Assembly (NCBI GenBank): GCA_029856435.1
Contig: JAHQXB010000160.1
Span: 1-27,640 of the forward strand
DNA: 27,640 nt
Source of the DNA: Candidatus Jordarchaeia archaeon
GTDB taxonomy: Archaea; Asgardarchaeota; Jordiarchaeia; Jordiarchaeales; Jordiarchaeaceae
Direction: 5' to 3'
How positions within the stretch are numbered: the stretch's first letter is position 1; the number at the start of each line of letters is the position of its first letter. The notes under the pieces are model-generated. The model was not told the origin of the DNA, made no database searches, and saw only the letters and a list, made by a program, of their open reading frames with translations. This document shows, piece by piece, positions 8,629-18,329 of this stretch. The position numbers and the translations under genes are program-made.

Positions 8629-9180
8629 TTGAGGCCTAGCATAGTTCTTGTAGCAATTGGGGAAATTAAGGGTAATCTGCTTGAAAGGCTAAGAGAAGAA
8701 CTAAGTGTCATATTCTATCCTTTGCTAGTCGAAATTTCTGGTACACTCTCCATCCCCAAGGAGGCTTATAATTTTTCCAGAAAACAGTACAAATCCTCAC
8801 ATTTTTTGGAAGCCTTAAAAATTTATGCTACTGATAAAAACTCCAAAATTCTGGGAATAACACCAGTAGACCTTTACACAAAGGGGCTTAATTTTATATT
8901 CGGCCAAGCCACTTTGGAAGACAATGTATGCGTAATATCCATCCATAGGCTCAAACCTGAATTCTATGAGCAAGCCAAGAACGAAAAAATCTTTATTGAA
9001 CGTTGTACAAAAGAAGCAGTTCATGAATTAGGACATACCTTCTTTTTGAATCACTGCCCAAATCCCCAGTGCGTGATGCATTTTTCAAATCACATACTGG
9101 ACACTGATAGAAAAAGCAAGAATTTTTGTGAGAAGTGCCAATCTAAAATTACCGAAAAAATCAAAAGTCTAGAGGTATAA
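8629..9180 (+). CDS. amzA: Archaemetzincin zinc metalloprotease
   Basis: LNFIFGQA, HELGHTFFLNHC-x4-CVM, and C-terminal FCEKC. Confidence 0.93.
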   Translation: MRPSIVLVAIGEIKGNLLERLREELSVIFYPLLVEISGTLSIPKEAYNFSRKQYKSSHFLEALKIYATDKNSKILGITPVDLYTKGLNFIFGQATLEDNVCVISIHRLKPEFYEQAKNEKIFIERCTKEAVHELGHTFFLNHCPNPQCVMHFSNHILDTDRKSKNFCEKCQSKITEKIKSLEV

Positions 9181-9197
9181 CTGTGAGGAATATGCTT

Positions 9198-9395
9198 CTA
9201 AAGCTCAGTAATGGAGCACTTAATTTTGCCTTTTAATTCTTCAGCCTTCTTTTTATCAACTTTTAAAGTGTAAAGATACTTATTAGTTCTGAGTTTAAAT
9301 TTAACTTCATTCTCCCCTAAAACTTTCATACGACACTCAGTAGCATTTTCGGATAATTCAACGAATTTCTCAGTGTCAAATATCTCCTTCGGCAA
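9198..9395 (-). CDS. rpl38e: Ribosomal protein eL38 (L38e)
   Basis: MPKEI...VKFKLRTNKYLYTLKVD..KAEEL; TTG start with GGAGGT SD. Confidence 0.93.
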   Translation of the reverse strand: MPKEIFDTEKFVELSENATECRMKVLGENEVKFKLRTNKYLYTLKVDKKKAEELKGKIKCSITEL

Positions 9396-9701
9396 AATTT
9401 AACCTCCATCAATTTATTGTTAAGTCCCAAATATAAACCTATTTCAAAAATTGGACAAGCAAACCCATTGTTTAAACAAAATCATTTAGGGGGCGTGTTA
9501 GCTTATTTTGAGTTTAATGTTTTTGTCTGCCTCCACAACTACCTTTCCACCTTTTTGTAAAAAGATGTTAAAAAAGGAAGGAAAACACTTCCTCCAACCT
9601 GCAACTACAAAAGTTATCCTAAAAACTAAAGGGGTATTATACACATCGTTTTATTAAACTTAAATGTTTTCTTAAATATTTAACGATTTATAAAGAGTTT
9701 A

Positions 9702-9796
9702 TGGTGGGCGCACCCGGATTCGAACCGGGGATTCGGCTCCCAGAAAGGATTTACCGCGGTGTGAACGCGGTGTCATAACCACTAGACCATGCGCCC
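9702..9796 (-). tRNA. tRNA-Val(CAC), CCA encoded, with a 19-nt intron in the variable loop (9732-9750)
   Basis: Minus strand: GGGCGCA acceptor/TGCGCCC-ACCA, anticodon arm CCGCG-TTCACAC-CGCGG, T arm CCCGG-TTCGAAT-CCGGG. Removing the insert restores the 5-nt variable loop TAATC and a 76-nt tRNA. Confidence 0.93.
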
Positions 9797-10093
9797 AATC
9801 TTTGTAATCTGCACTATCATTAAGTGTAAACACCTATTTTTTAGTTTTGCTCTCAAGGGGAAATTTATTATATCATATTTTTTGGGGATAACCTTTGTGT
9901 AGAGAGTGCTGTCATAAAAAATGGGATAAGCCAATTATGCTTATTTGTTAGTTTTCAACACCATATTCTTCAGGTTTAGGTAGGTATACTTTTCTACTCA
10001 AACTAGAATGAATGAGAAGGGGGCTAAAGAAAAAATAAACCTAACCCCCATATAAGCGGGAGATGCTTAAGGGAAGGCTCTTTTTCTTTTTTA

Positions 10094-10223
10094 ATATAGT
10101 TTTTCTCTTTAATCTTTTTCTAAATCTCTTCTTAACCGGGGTTATTTTAGGCTTCTTTTCCAAAAAAGGCGGAAAACCACATTTCTAGAAGGCGAAAAGG
10201 AAAAAATTAAATGGAAAGTCTAT
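10094..10223. repeat. Dispersed ~130 bp intergenic repeat, copy A (inverted relative to 17837-17970)
   Basis: Its reverse complement aligns along its full length to 17837-17970, beginning with an identical run ATAGACTTTCCATTTAATTTTTTCCTTTTCGC. Confidence 0.9.
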
Positions 10224-10412
10224 AGCACTTTTGCGGGATAAAATTCCATAAACTCTTCCCCAAAAAAGGGATAATAATAGGTTATGATCTTTTTCTATGG
10301 CTCAAATTTTGCATTATGTCCTGAATTTGATTTCGTATATTAATTGTGTAGTGTTGAACTTATTCAAGATTGGTTTGGAATCTTTCATAGACTAAAGGGG
10401 AAGAGAATTAAG

Positions 10413-10688
10413 TTATAGTAAGACTTGTTGTCCCTGCCCCGTTAAGTACCATTGACTTGGTTTTTGCTCGGTCTTTACCACGATGCCTTCTCTTGTCATA
10501 TTCCTTAGCTGTAACAGCACCCTTGAATATGACATGTTTAGTTCTTTTGCTATTTCACTAGTTGTTTTTGGTTCGCGTTTAATAAGCTCAAGTATTAATG
10601 TTCTAGTTTCGATCCCTGGTGTAACATTTCGCTTTTTTCTTAAAATAGCCTTAGCCTCATGTACCTTTTTTCTCCAGATAGGAGACAT
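10413..10688 (-). CDS. Small winged-HTH (ArsR-like) DNA-binding protein
   Basis: RTLILELIKREPKTTSEIAKELNMSYSRVLLQLRNM..EGIV...WYLT; lies directly downstream of polC. Confidence 0.85.
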   Translation of the reverse strand: MSPIWRKKVHEAKAILRKKRNVTPGIETRTLILELIKREPKTTSEIAKELNMSYSRVLLQLRNMTREGIVVKTEQKPSQWYLTGQGQQVLL

Positions 10689-10763
10689 TTTTACCCTCTC
10701 ATGTCCTATTAAGATTTACCATAATTTTTCTCCTTGCTATATTTTTCAGAATTAGTCAAATAA

Positions 10764-13700
10764 TTAGCAGAATTCACTAAGTTTTGCTTGTTTAACCTTC
10801 TCCTCCTCAAATATTAGACCGATGTTTTGCTTGAGGAGGTTTAGTCTCTGTTTTATATATGGTGGCAAATCAAATCTATCTGCAATGGATAGTGCAAAGG
10901 GGAGGTACTTTTCTATTCCTGCTTGGTGTACTGTTAAAACCAGCTTTCCTCCGCAGGATGTGCATTTTCCTTGAAGAGGGGGGCGCCTATACTTTTTGTT
11001 ACAGTTTAGGCATCGACTTTTTTGTGTGGAAAATGCTTTTAAGTTGCCTGCAATGTCACGGATAAAGTGTTTTTGAGTTATTTTGATGGCGACCATCTTT
11101 GCGTTTGATGCTCTTATTTTGTTTGATAGTTCCAGCTGAGCTTCTACCTTTTCTAGCATAGTGTTAAGTTCTTTATACTTTGATTTTTGGGGACCTTGAA
11201 AGATTTCTTTGGTTGGATGGGTAAATTTGAAATTTTCATACTGTTCCGGCTTACCAAGTCTGTGTGCAATTATATCTATTAGTTTCTCATTGCTTTTCGG
11301 GTCCTCATAGTTTAACGTTTTCTCGTAAAATTCTAGGGGGTACTGTTCCATTACGTCCATATTATGTGACTCACTGTCTACTTCTTGAGGGTCTAAATGG
11401 ACCGATATGACTAGGGGGGTATCCATCATCCCCCCTCTTTTTTTGGGCACAAATAATTTAGAGAAGTTCAGTAAGGGATCTAGTGCAAGCATTATAGAAT
11501 CTTCGTCTCCATCACAGTTTCTTCTTTTTGCGGCGTGCCAATAAGGGTGTGCATAGCAGACTTGAGCTTTTGTGAATCCGATAATGCGCCCAACAATACC
11601 TACCGATGTGTGTGGGGCGAGACCTACTATAAGATGGCCGACAAGATCTCCCGGGCTCTTTATTTGGTAGTATGCAGGCATCACGTAGAATTTAGTTAGG
11701 AGTTCGTCTATAAAGTTAGCTACTCTTACAAGGTAATTGGCACAGTTCTCTGAAATTATAACATCTTGAGGTTTTAACTCTACTATTTGGTCTTCGTTCT
11801 CCAAAAGCGCTCCCTTATAATCGTGGGTGTAACCCAGTTTTCGTAGTTTTTCTACAGTCACGGATATTTCCTTGGGTTTGAAATGAGTAAGCGGAGCATC
11901 GGTAGCGTCAAATCTCACGGTTCCGTCTTTGTAAACATATAGGCCGTATTTAGCTCGGAGGATACCTTTCTCAAGAGGCTCTGGAATTTTTGCTTCACTG
12001 ACTAACCCGCGAACGCCCTTTACTTCGGTGACCTTTTCTTCTCCAATTTTTCTCATAGCTTTTTGGAGTTCATCTTTAATATTTATTTTTCTAGTTTCGT
12101 ATGGTTGCATTTTCCCCCCGCATTTAGGGCAAGTCGCCGCGTTTTGAGATAAACCGCACTGTGAGCAAGTGTATATCGTCAAGGTTTCCTTTTTGCAGGA
12201 GGGACAAAAATTATTGAAAGTTACAGTTTCACAATCAGGACAGATCCTTTTTGCCACTTCAATAGAGATTGCTCCTTTCTCTGCCGCTTTAACTATATTT
12301 CTCGTACTTCCTCCTTCCAATCCAACTGGAAACAAGACATGCACCGGAGGAGAAAGCATTCGTTCCTTAGCCTTTTCTGGTCTTCCCATTCTTGCCCCAA
12401 CATAAATTGGGGCTCTCTCTCTTATAGGTATATCACAGAGCGATTTTACCACGTCAAGACCACTCATTCCCTCTCCAAATTGGTAAAATGAAATTTTTTG
12501 ACCCACCTTATTTTTCGATAGGCATCTCATTAAAACTGGAGTGTGCTCGGAGATTATGATTTTATTATCTTTAAACTTGTGGGGCACACCGAGCCTCTCC
12601 AAAATTTCTTTGATGCCTTTCGGTGCTTTTGAAGCAATTTCGCCCTTTTCGTTTACCTCCACTTTTTCTAACCATTTTTGAAGTTCTATGGCTTCATCAG
12701 CATGTATATCATGCCAACAATATGTGTATTCAGGATGGAGGGGTACCCCTAGTGCCTCACTAATGTTTAACGCCTCCTTGGCAGTTGGTTTGAAATAAAA
12801 CGGATCTTCAATCATACGTTCTAAACGTTCTTTGTTGATGCCTATAGAACTAGAAGCACCCTGAATATCTTCGCTAAATTTTTCACTGATTTTTTTCTTG
12901 AGTTCTTGGACCCACCATTCTTCACAGTAGGCAGAGGGAACTAAGGGATGATTATTTTCCAAAAATTCTCCAAACGCTACTAGAAGGTCTCCTAAAAACA
13001 AAATTTTATCTATTTTTTTAGCAACTTCCATAGCTTCCTTTATTGTATTGATCTTTACTACCGAACCGTCCAATGTCTTCACAATGGGCCCTTCAATACT
13101 GTCCACAGGTAGAACTATTGCGCCCTTACCAGGCCTTTCTGTGCGAATATGTGTCCCCGGAGCTAAGAATTCGTCTAAAACAATCATAGTTGCAGGGTTA
13201 ATACCGACTGCTGAAAGTCCTGTGTTTCTTGAACGACCATATCTGAGCCGAAAACCACCAGTAGCTGAGGGTTCTCCAAAAACTGGCCTGCCAGCAATAA
13301 CGTCTGCTAGATAGGTTGCGCTAGGCTTCACTTCCAACTTCTCTTTTTTCTCTTTAGACTCTGACAGCCATTCCCATCCTTCGAAGCCCATACGATCAAC
13401 AATTTTTTTAATTTTTGAAGCTTTGCCAATTAAACCATCATTTAGTACAAGAATAGCCCCGCCTCTTAACTGATTTGTCTCAACTCTTGGGAGATTTCGA
13501 TGCCCTGAAACTTCTATTGTATCGGTGGGTTCACCTGTTACCTCGACTGGAAGATTTTTCAAGACCCTTCTTATCATATCGGGGGTTGAAGGATATTGTA
13601 GGTGAGTCACTCTATGTTCATATAAATCAATCTCTTCTACAAAGCGTTCAATTTCGTCATCTGTAGGTTTATACCTATCTAAGTGAAGAAGCCTCCTTAC

Positions 13701-14189
13701 AAAATCCGCCACTAGAACAGTCTTTGCTTGTTCTGTTCCCCCGGCGGATCTAATAGGTCCAGCAAAATAGATTGCGAGATATTCAGTATTATCAGGATTC
13801 CTTTTAATTTTAATATCCGCTATTCCCTCAATGGGGGCTGCGGTAACTCCCTCAGTTAATAAAGCTAATGCCAAACGGATGGCTTTATCTGCAACTTCTT
13901 CGTCATTATTGAAATTCCCAATCGTCCTATAGACCACTTCTTCTGCGATTTTAAAAGCTACTTCATCTCTAGTCATTTTTGTGCTTAATTCTCTTATACG
14001 GTCTGCTACGCCCTTAAGTCCAATCAATCCTTCAACTCTTGCGGCAACATCTTTCGCAGTCAAAATCTCAGGCTCAATAGAGGGGTCAAATCTCCTGCTA
14101 CGTGCCTCTCTTACGATATTGTATAAATTTTCAAAACTAGTTTCTATCGTCTTAAAATATTCTTGCATCTCTTTACTGGCGTTCGTCAT
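10764..14189 (-). CDS. polC: DNA polymerase II (PolD) large subunit DP2, intein-free
   Basis: FAGPIRSAGGT, RYGRSRNTG, GARMGRPEKA, RRNCDGDED, Zn-finger clusters and C-terminal PIP-like QAKLSEF. ATG at 14189 has GGAG upstream; the ORF track extends to 14219. Confidence 0.98.
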   Translation of the reverse strand: MTNASKEMQEYFKTIETSFENLYNIVREARSRRFDPSIEPEILTAKDVAARVEGLIGLKGVADRIRELSTKMTRDEVAFKIAEEVVYRTIGNFNNDEEVADKAIRLALALLTEGVTAAPIEGIADIKIKRNPDNTEYLAIYFAGPIRSAGGTEQAKTVLVADFVRRLLHLDRYKPTDDEIERFVEEIDLYEHRVTHLQYPSTPDMIRRVLKNLPVEVTGEPTDTIEVSGHRNLPRVETNQLRGGAILVLNDGLIGKASKIKKIVDRMGFEGWEWLSESKEKKEKLEVKPSATYLADVIAGRPVFGEPSATGGFRLRYGRSRNTGLSAVGINPATMIVLDEFLAPGTHIRTERPGKGAIVLPVDSIEGPIVKTLDGSVVKINTIKEAMEVAKKIDKILFLGDLLVAFGEFLENNHPLVPSAYCEEWWVQELKKKISEKFSEDIQGASSSIGINKERLERMIEDPFYFKPTAKEALNISEALGVPLHPEYTYCWHDIHADEAIELQKWLEKVEVNEKGEIASKAPKGIKEILERLGVPHKFKDNKIIISEHTPVLMRCLSKNKVGQKISFYQFGEGMSGLDVVKSLCDIPIRERAPIYVGARMGRPEKAKERMLSPPVHVLFPVGLEGGSTRNIVKAAEKGAISIEVAKRICPDCETVTFNNFCPSCKKETLTIYTCSQCGLSQNAATCPKCGGKMQPYETRKINIKDELQKAMRKIGEEKVTEVKGVRGLVSEAKIPEPLEKGILRAKYGLYVYKDGTVRFDATDAPLTHFKPKEISVTVEKLRKLGYTHDYKGALLENEDQIVELKPQDVIISENCANYLVRVANFIDELLTKFYVMPAYYQIKSPGDLVGHLIVGLAPHTSVGIVGRIIGFTKAQVCYAHPYWHAAKRRNCDGDEDSIMLALDPLLNFSKLFVPKKRGGMMDTPLVISVHLDPQEVDSESHNMDVMEQYPLEFYEKTLNYEDPKSNEKLIDIIAHRLGKPEQYENFKFTHPTKEIFQGPQKSKYKELNTMLEKVEAQLELSNKIRASNAKMVAIKITQKHFIRDIAGNLKAFSTQKSRCLNCNKKYRRPPLQGKCTSCGGKLVLTVHQAGIEKYLPFALSIADRFDLPPYIKQRLNLLKQNIGLIFEEEKVKQAKLSEFC

Positions 14190-14336
14190 TAGTGCATCTC
14201 CACTCAAAAAATAATGCATTTTTTAATTAAAAACAATTTTTACAATACCAACATTTTACTTTTAAATATAAAACATTAAAACTTACATTTATGTCTATGG
14301 TTAATTTGGATTTATGTGCTGTGTTAAACAATTGCT

Positions 14337-14359
14337 ATGAAAAACTTGAGGTTTTTCAT
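14337..14359. promoter_or_regulatory. Palindromic operator-like site (copy 2)
   Basis: Perfect 9-bp inverted repeat ATGAAAAAC-TTGAG-GTTTTTCAT in the divergent polC/rpl2 region; degenerate extra copy at ~14395-14425. Confidence 0.55.
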
Positions 14360-14790
14360 TCTTTATCTAAAAAGCGTAAGCGTATGTACGTTTGCCATGA
14401 AAACATTTTTAATGCTTTGTCTAAGAAGCAGAGCTTATGTAGCTTTTTTAATTTCCTTATATATTTTGATGTATTTTTTATAATTTTACAATGTTAATTT
14501 GAAAGATTTTCAACAATTTAAGAAATAGATTTAAAAAAGTAAAATTATACAACAAAGCAGATTTATGAAAAGCTTTATGTATCCTTTATGGTATCTGTAT
14601 AAGTCCAATTAAAAATTAATCTGAGGAAAAAACAGAGTTCTAAAGAGAAACACAAAAAGGTTTATACAATCAACTTCAAATAAGACTAAATACGTCAAGA
14701 TAGATAATACTTAATTCAAAAACTTTTTAAATATCGAATCAATATCCAGCTTGAACTCCTAAATTTACTTTTCCAATGGAGGTTCTACTC

Positions 14791-15516
14791 ATGGGCAGAC
14801 GGTTAATTGTTCAGAGACGAGGCAGAGGCGGCTCAAACTTCCGAGCACCCAGTCATAAAAGGAAAGGCGAAGTTAAACACCACCCCACCGAAAAAGACAG
14901 AAAAATAGTGTCTGGCATAATCAGGGAATTATCACATGAATCAGGAAGAGGCGCACCGCTGGCTAGGGTAAGATTTGAAGATGATAGGGAGCAATGGATC
15001 CTTGTACCTGAAGGCGCCTTCGTAGGACAAAGAATTGAGTACGGAGCAGAAGCTAGCATAGGACTTGGTAATACCCTTCCCCTTCGCGAAATCCCTGAAG
15101 GAGTACCCATCTTCAATTTAGAGGGAGTGCCCGGAGACGGCGGAAAATTTGTTCGCTCTTCGGGAACTTACGCTACGATTCTTACTCACAGCGAAGATAA
15201 GGTAATGGTCCGACTTCCCTCAAACAAAATAAAGGCATTCAATCCCAATTGCTGCGCCACTATAGGAGTGGTTGCCGGCGGAGGACGCACTGATAAGCCC
15301 TTCGTAAAAGCAGGTAGTGTATATCATCTTTCAAAAGCAAAAAGCTGGAAATGGCCCAAGGTACGTGGCGTAGCTATGAATGCGGTATCACATCCACATG
15401 GTGGAGGAAGTCACCAACATGTAGGAGGCCCTTCCACTGTTCCTAGAACCGCGCCTCCAGGCCAAAAGGTTGGTCTGATAGCTCCACGCAGGACTGGAAG
15501 AAAACAACGGAAGTAG
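14791..15516 (+). CDS. rpl2: 50S ribosomal protein uL2
   Basis: MGRRLIVQRRGRG, WPKVRGVAMNAVSHPHGGG; ATG at 14791 after GGAGGT. Confidence 0.98.
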   Translation: MGRRLIVQRRGRGGSNFRAPSHKRKGEVKHHPTEKDRKIVSGIIRELSHESGRGAPLARVRFEDDREQWILVPEGAFVGQRIEYGAEASIGLGNTLPLREIPEGVPIFNLEGVPGDGGKFVRSSGTYATILTHSEDKVMVRLPSNKIKAFNPNCCATIGVVAGGGRTDKPFVKAGSVYHLSKAKSWKWPKVRGVAMNAVSHPHGGGSHQHVGGPSTVPRTAPPGQKVGLIAPRRTGRKQRK

Positions 15517-15611
15517 CCTGTTGGACGAAATCTTGGGAGTAATCATAAAAAATATTATGCTAATGCAAGGATTTTATTCACCTAAAATTTGTAATTCAGG
15601 AGGTTAACAAG

Positions 15612-16622
15612 TTGGGGCATCGTAAGACACATGCGCCAAAAAGAGGAAGTTTAGCATATCTACCTAGAGGAAGAGCGTCTAGTCCGATAGGACGCGTTAG
15701 AAGATGGCCCAAATATGCAAAATCAACAACTATGCTTGGCGCTGCAGGATACAAAGCGGGAATGACACATGTTTTACTAGTTGAAGACAAGCCAAACAGC
15801 CCTTATTTTGGACAAGAAAGGGTGTTTGCAGCGACTGTAATCGAGACTCCTCCCCTAGTGGTTTTCGGAATAAGAGCCTATAGTTTAACTCCCTATGGTT
15901 TAAAAACACTTACAGAAGTTTGGGCACCAGAACTGTCAAATGACTTGAGGAGAAATCTTACCCTCCCGCAGGATTATAGTTATGAGAAAAATCTAAATTA
16001 CCTCGAAGAACAAAAAGAAAAAATATCTGAGATTAGAGCCTTAGTTCACACTCAACCACGGATGACCGGTGTGCCTAAGAAAAAACCAGACATAGTAGAA
16101 ATCAAAATCGGAGGCGGCTCAATACAGGAACAAATAAATTATGCAAAACAAATCTTGGGAAAACAAATTCGAATCAATGAAATCTTCAAAGAGGGGCAAT
16201 ATGTTGACGTTATTGGGATAACCAAAGGGAAGGGGTTTCAAGGAGCAATAAAAAGATGGGGAGTTCGTAGACTACAGCATAAATCCAGAAAAACAAAAAG
16301 AGGAGTGGGCGCAATTGGTCCATGGCGGCCGGCTAGAGTATCTTATACGGTTCCCCGACCTGGACAAATGGGCTATCATCAACGCACAGAATATAACAAG
16401 AGAATCTTAAAAATCGGTGAGAAAGGAGAAGAAGTTACCCCACAAGGTGGATTCATACGTTATGGCCCGGTGCGAGGAGACTATATCCTAATACAGGGCA
16501 CTGTACCTGGACCCTCTAAGCGGCTGATAACCCTTCGTTATCCGATAAGACCGCCAATCAACATACCCGAAAAAGCACCCCAAATTTCCTATATAAGTAT
16601 TGAATCCAAACAAGGAGTTTAG
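15612..16622 (+). CDS. rpl3: 50S ribosomal protein uL3
   Basis: GHRKTHAPKRGSL, GYKAGMTH, TKGKGFQG, GQMGYHQRTEYNK; TTG start with GGAGGT. Confidence 0.98.
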   Translation: MGHRKTHAPKRGSLAYLPRGRASSPIGRVRRWPKYAKSTTMLGAAGYKAGMTHVLLVEDKPNSPYFGQERVFAATVIETPPLVVFGIRAYSLTPYGLKTLTEVWAPELSNDLRRNLTLPQDYSYEKNLNYLEEQKEKISEIRALVHTQPRMTGVPKKKPDIVEIKIGGGSIQEQINYAKQILGKQIRINEIFKEGQYVDVIGITKGKGFQGAIKRWGVRRLQHKSRKTKRGVGAIGPWRPARVSYTVPRPGQMGYHQRTEYNKRILKIGEKGEEVTPQGGFIRYGPVRGDYILIQGTVPGPSKRLITLRYPIRPPINIPEKAPQISYISIESKQGV

Positions 16623-16636
16623 AGGAAGCGATTCAA

Positions 16637-17425
16637 TTGGCGAAAAAAGTTAACGTTTATGGACTTAATGGAGAACCGATACGCAGCATTAAACTACCCG
16701 AAGTATTCACCACACCATATAGGCCAGATCTCATTAAAAGAGCAGTATTGTCCTCAATGACTGCGAGGATTCAACCCTACGGAGTAAATGAAAAAGCAGG
16801 TAAACGAACAACTGCTGAATCTCGGGGCCCCGGTTTGGGTATCTCTAGAACGCCTAGAGTAAAGGGTTCACGGTATCCCGCGGCTATGCGTGGCGCACTA
16901 GTAACCATGGCGGTAGGAGGCAGGAGAGCGCACCCACCCAAACCAGAAAAAAGATATCTAGAGAAAATCAATAAGAAAGAAAGAAAATTAGCAATCTGCT
17001 CAGCTATAGCTGCCACTGCGAAACCTGAGATAGTTAAAAAGAGAGGACATTTAATCGAAAAGGTGCCAGAGTTACCACTAATAGTATCTGACGAAGTACA
17101 GAACATTAGCACCACCTCCGAAACAAGAAACCTGTTTATCAAATTGGGCGTGTGGCCGGACATATTGAGAGCCAAAAATGGCAAGAAGGTCAGACCGGGG
17201 AGAGGAAAAAGCCGTGGAAGAAAATACAAGAAGCCCAAAAGTGTTCTAATAGTGATAAATGAAGATCAAGGTATAGTTAAAGCATCAAGAAATCATCCTG
17301 GCTTAGACATAGTAAATGTAAAAAACTTAAATGCAGAACTATTAGCGCCAGGAACCACGCCAGGAAGGCTAACCATATGGACCGAATCCGCTGTTAATCA
17401 ACTAGAAAAACTTTTCTCGTCATAA
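16637..17425 (+). CDS. rpl4: 50S ribosomal protein uL4
   Basis: YRPDLIKRAV, GGRRAHPP, LAPGTTPGRLTIWT. Confidence 0.98.
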   Translation: MAKKVNVYGLNGEPIRSIKLPEVFTTPYRPDLIKRAVLSSMTARIQPYGVNEKAGKRTTAESRGPGLGISRTPRVKGSRYPAAMRGALVTMAVGGRRAHPPKPEKRYLEKINKKERKLAICSAIAATAKPEIVKKRGHLIEKVPELPLIVSDEVQNISTTSETRNLFIKLGVWPDILRAKNGKKVRPGRGKSRGRKYKKPKSVLIVINEDQGIVKASRNHPGLDIVNVKNLNAELLAPGTTPGRLTIWTESAVNQLEKLFSS

Positions 17426-17836
17426 AGTAGGGACCTCGTCTTAAGTATGTAGCTTCTCTTATATGTGTAATCGTTTGATCCTTCTCAAATAAAAGGGGGC
17501 TTTACAGGGCTTCTTTCCAAATAAGCCTAAAAAATGGTAAGACTGGCTAACCCTGCACACATACCATGTCAACAAACCACATACTTACAACAAGGTCTCC
17601 ATTAAGTAAATATTAATTCTATTTGGTTATTCACCCTCTTTTTTGTAGTTGCCCCCTGCACCTCTTCAATTATAGTTTGGGCATTATTCCACGAAGAGGC
17701 AGTTAGGGAATAATTTGAAAACGTATATAAACTGTCTTCTGCATATTTTGTTTTTAAGTTTGGCAAGCCGGAAAAGGTAGTACTGGCCTTTGTGGAACAA
17801 GTTTTAATTGAGTTTCACAATACCTTCAGGGAAAAA

Positions 17837-17970
17837 ATAGACTTTCCATTTAATTTTTTCCTTTTCGCTTCCAGAAAGTATGGCTTTTTCCGCCTTTTTT
17901 GGGAAAAGAAGCCTTAAATAAACCCCGGGTTAAGAAGAGGTTTAGGAAATATTAATGAGAAAATCTATAT
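17837..17970. repeat. Dispersed ~130 bp intergenic repeat, copy B
   Basis: Inverted partner of 10094-10223, with scattered substitutions and small indels. Confidence 0.9.
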
Positions 17971-18329
17971 AGAGTTTGGAAAATAAAAAAAGACATTTAT
18001 GGAACATTCGCCTAATGTAGGGTTCACTTGGACGAAACAAAAATATTCACAAGTAAAATTAAGGACTAAATTAAATAGGTATTTTAGGTTTAGAACAATA
18101 AAAGCATCTTAGTAGGATAGTTGTAGAAAAGCAAATATAGGAACTGACATTTTTAACTTACTAAAGTTAGAGTTAATAAATTATGTTAGAGGATAATTGT
18201 TGAAAAAAAGAGTAATTTTAGTAGTTCTGTAGTTAGTCATCAGACCTTATGCGTTCCTTCTAATCTATGTAGGGGCTGATTATCACTTTTAGAGTAACTG
18301 CCTGATTGTTGGAAAATATGGAGTGAAGC

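Noticed and set aside
10483-14214. Short + strand ORFs opposite the wHTH gene and polC, and similar shadow ORFs on fusA, rpl2-4, RaSEA, the beta-CASP gene and nrdD
   Set aside because: Antisense or out-of-frame shadows of well-supported conserved genes.
14220-14790. Possible replication origin beside polC, and the 68-aa ORF 14291-14497
   Set aside because: AT-rich, but no ORB/G-string consensus and no cdc6/orc1 nearby; the ORF is low-complexity and overlaps the palindromic motif.
17837-17970. DGR template/variable repeat or CRISPR interpretation of the repeats
   Set aside because: Differences include indels and are not adenine-specific; both copies are non-coding; no reverse transcriptase and no regular repeat-spacer periodicity.
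18240-18286. Possible second C/D sRNA on the minus strand (GTGATAA...CTGA)
   Set aside because: Degenerate C box, no convincing C'/D' boxes or terminal stem, and no identifiable target.
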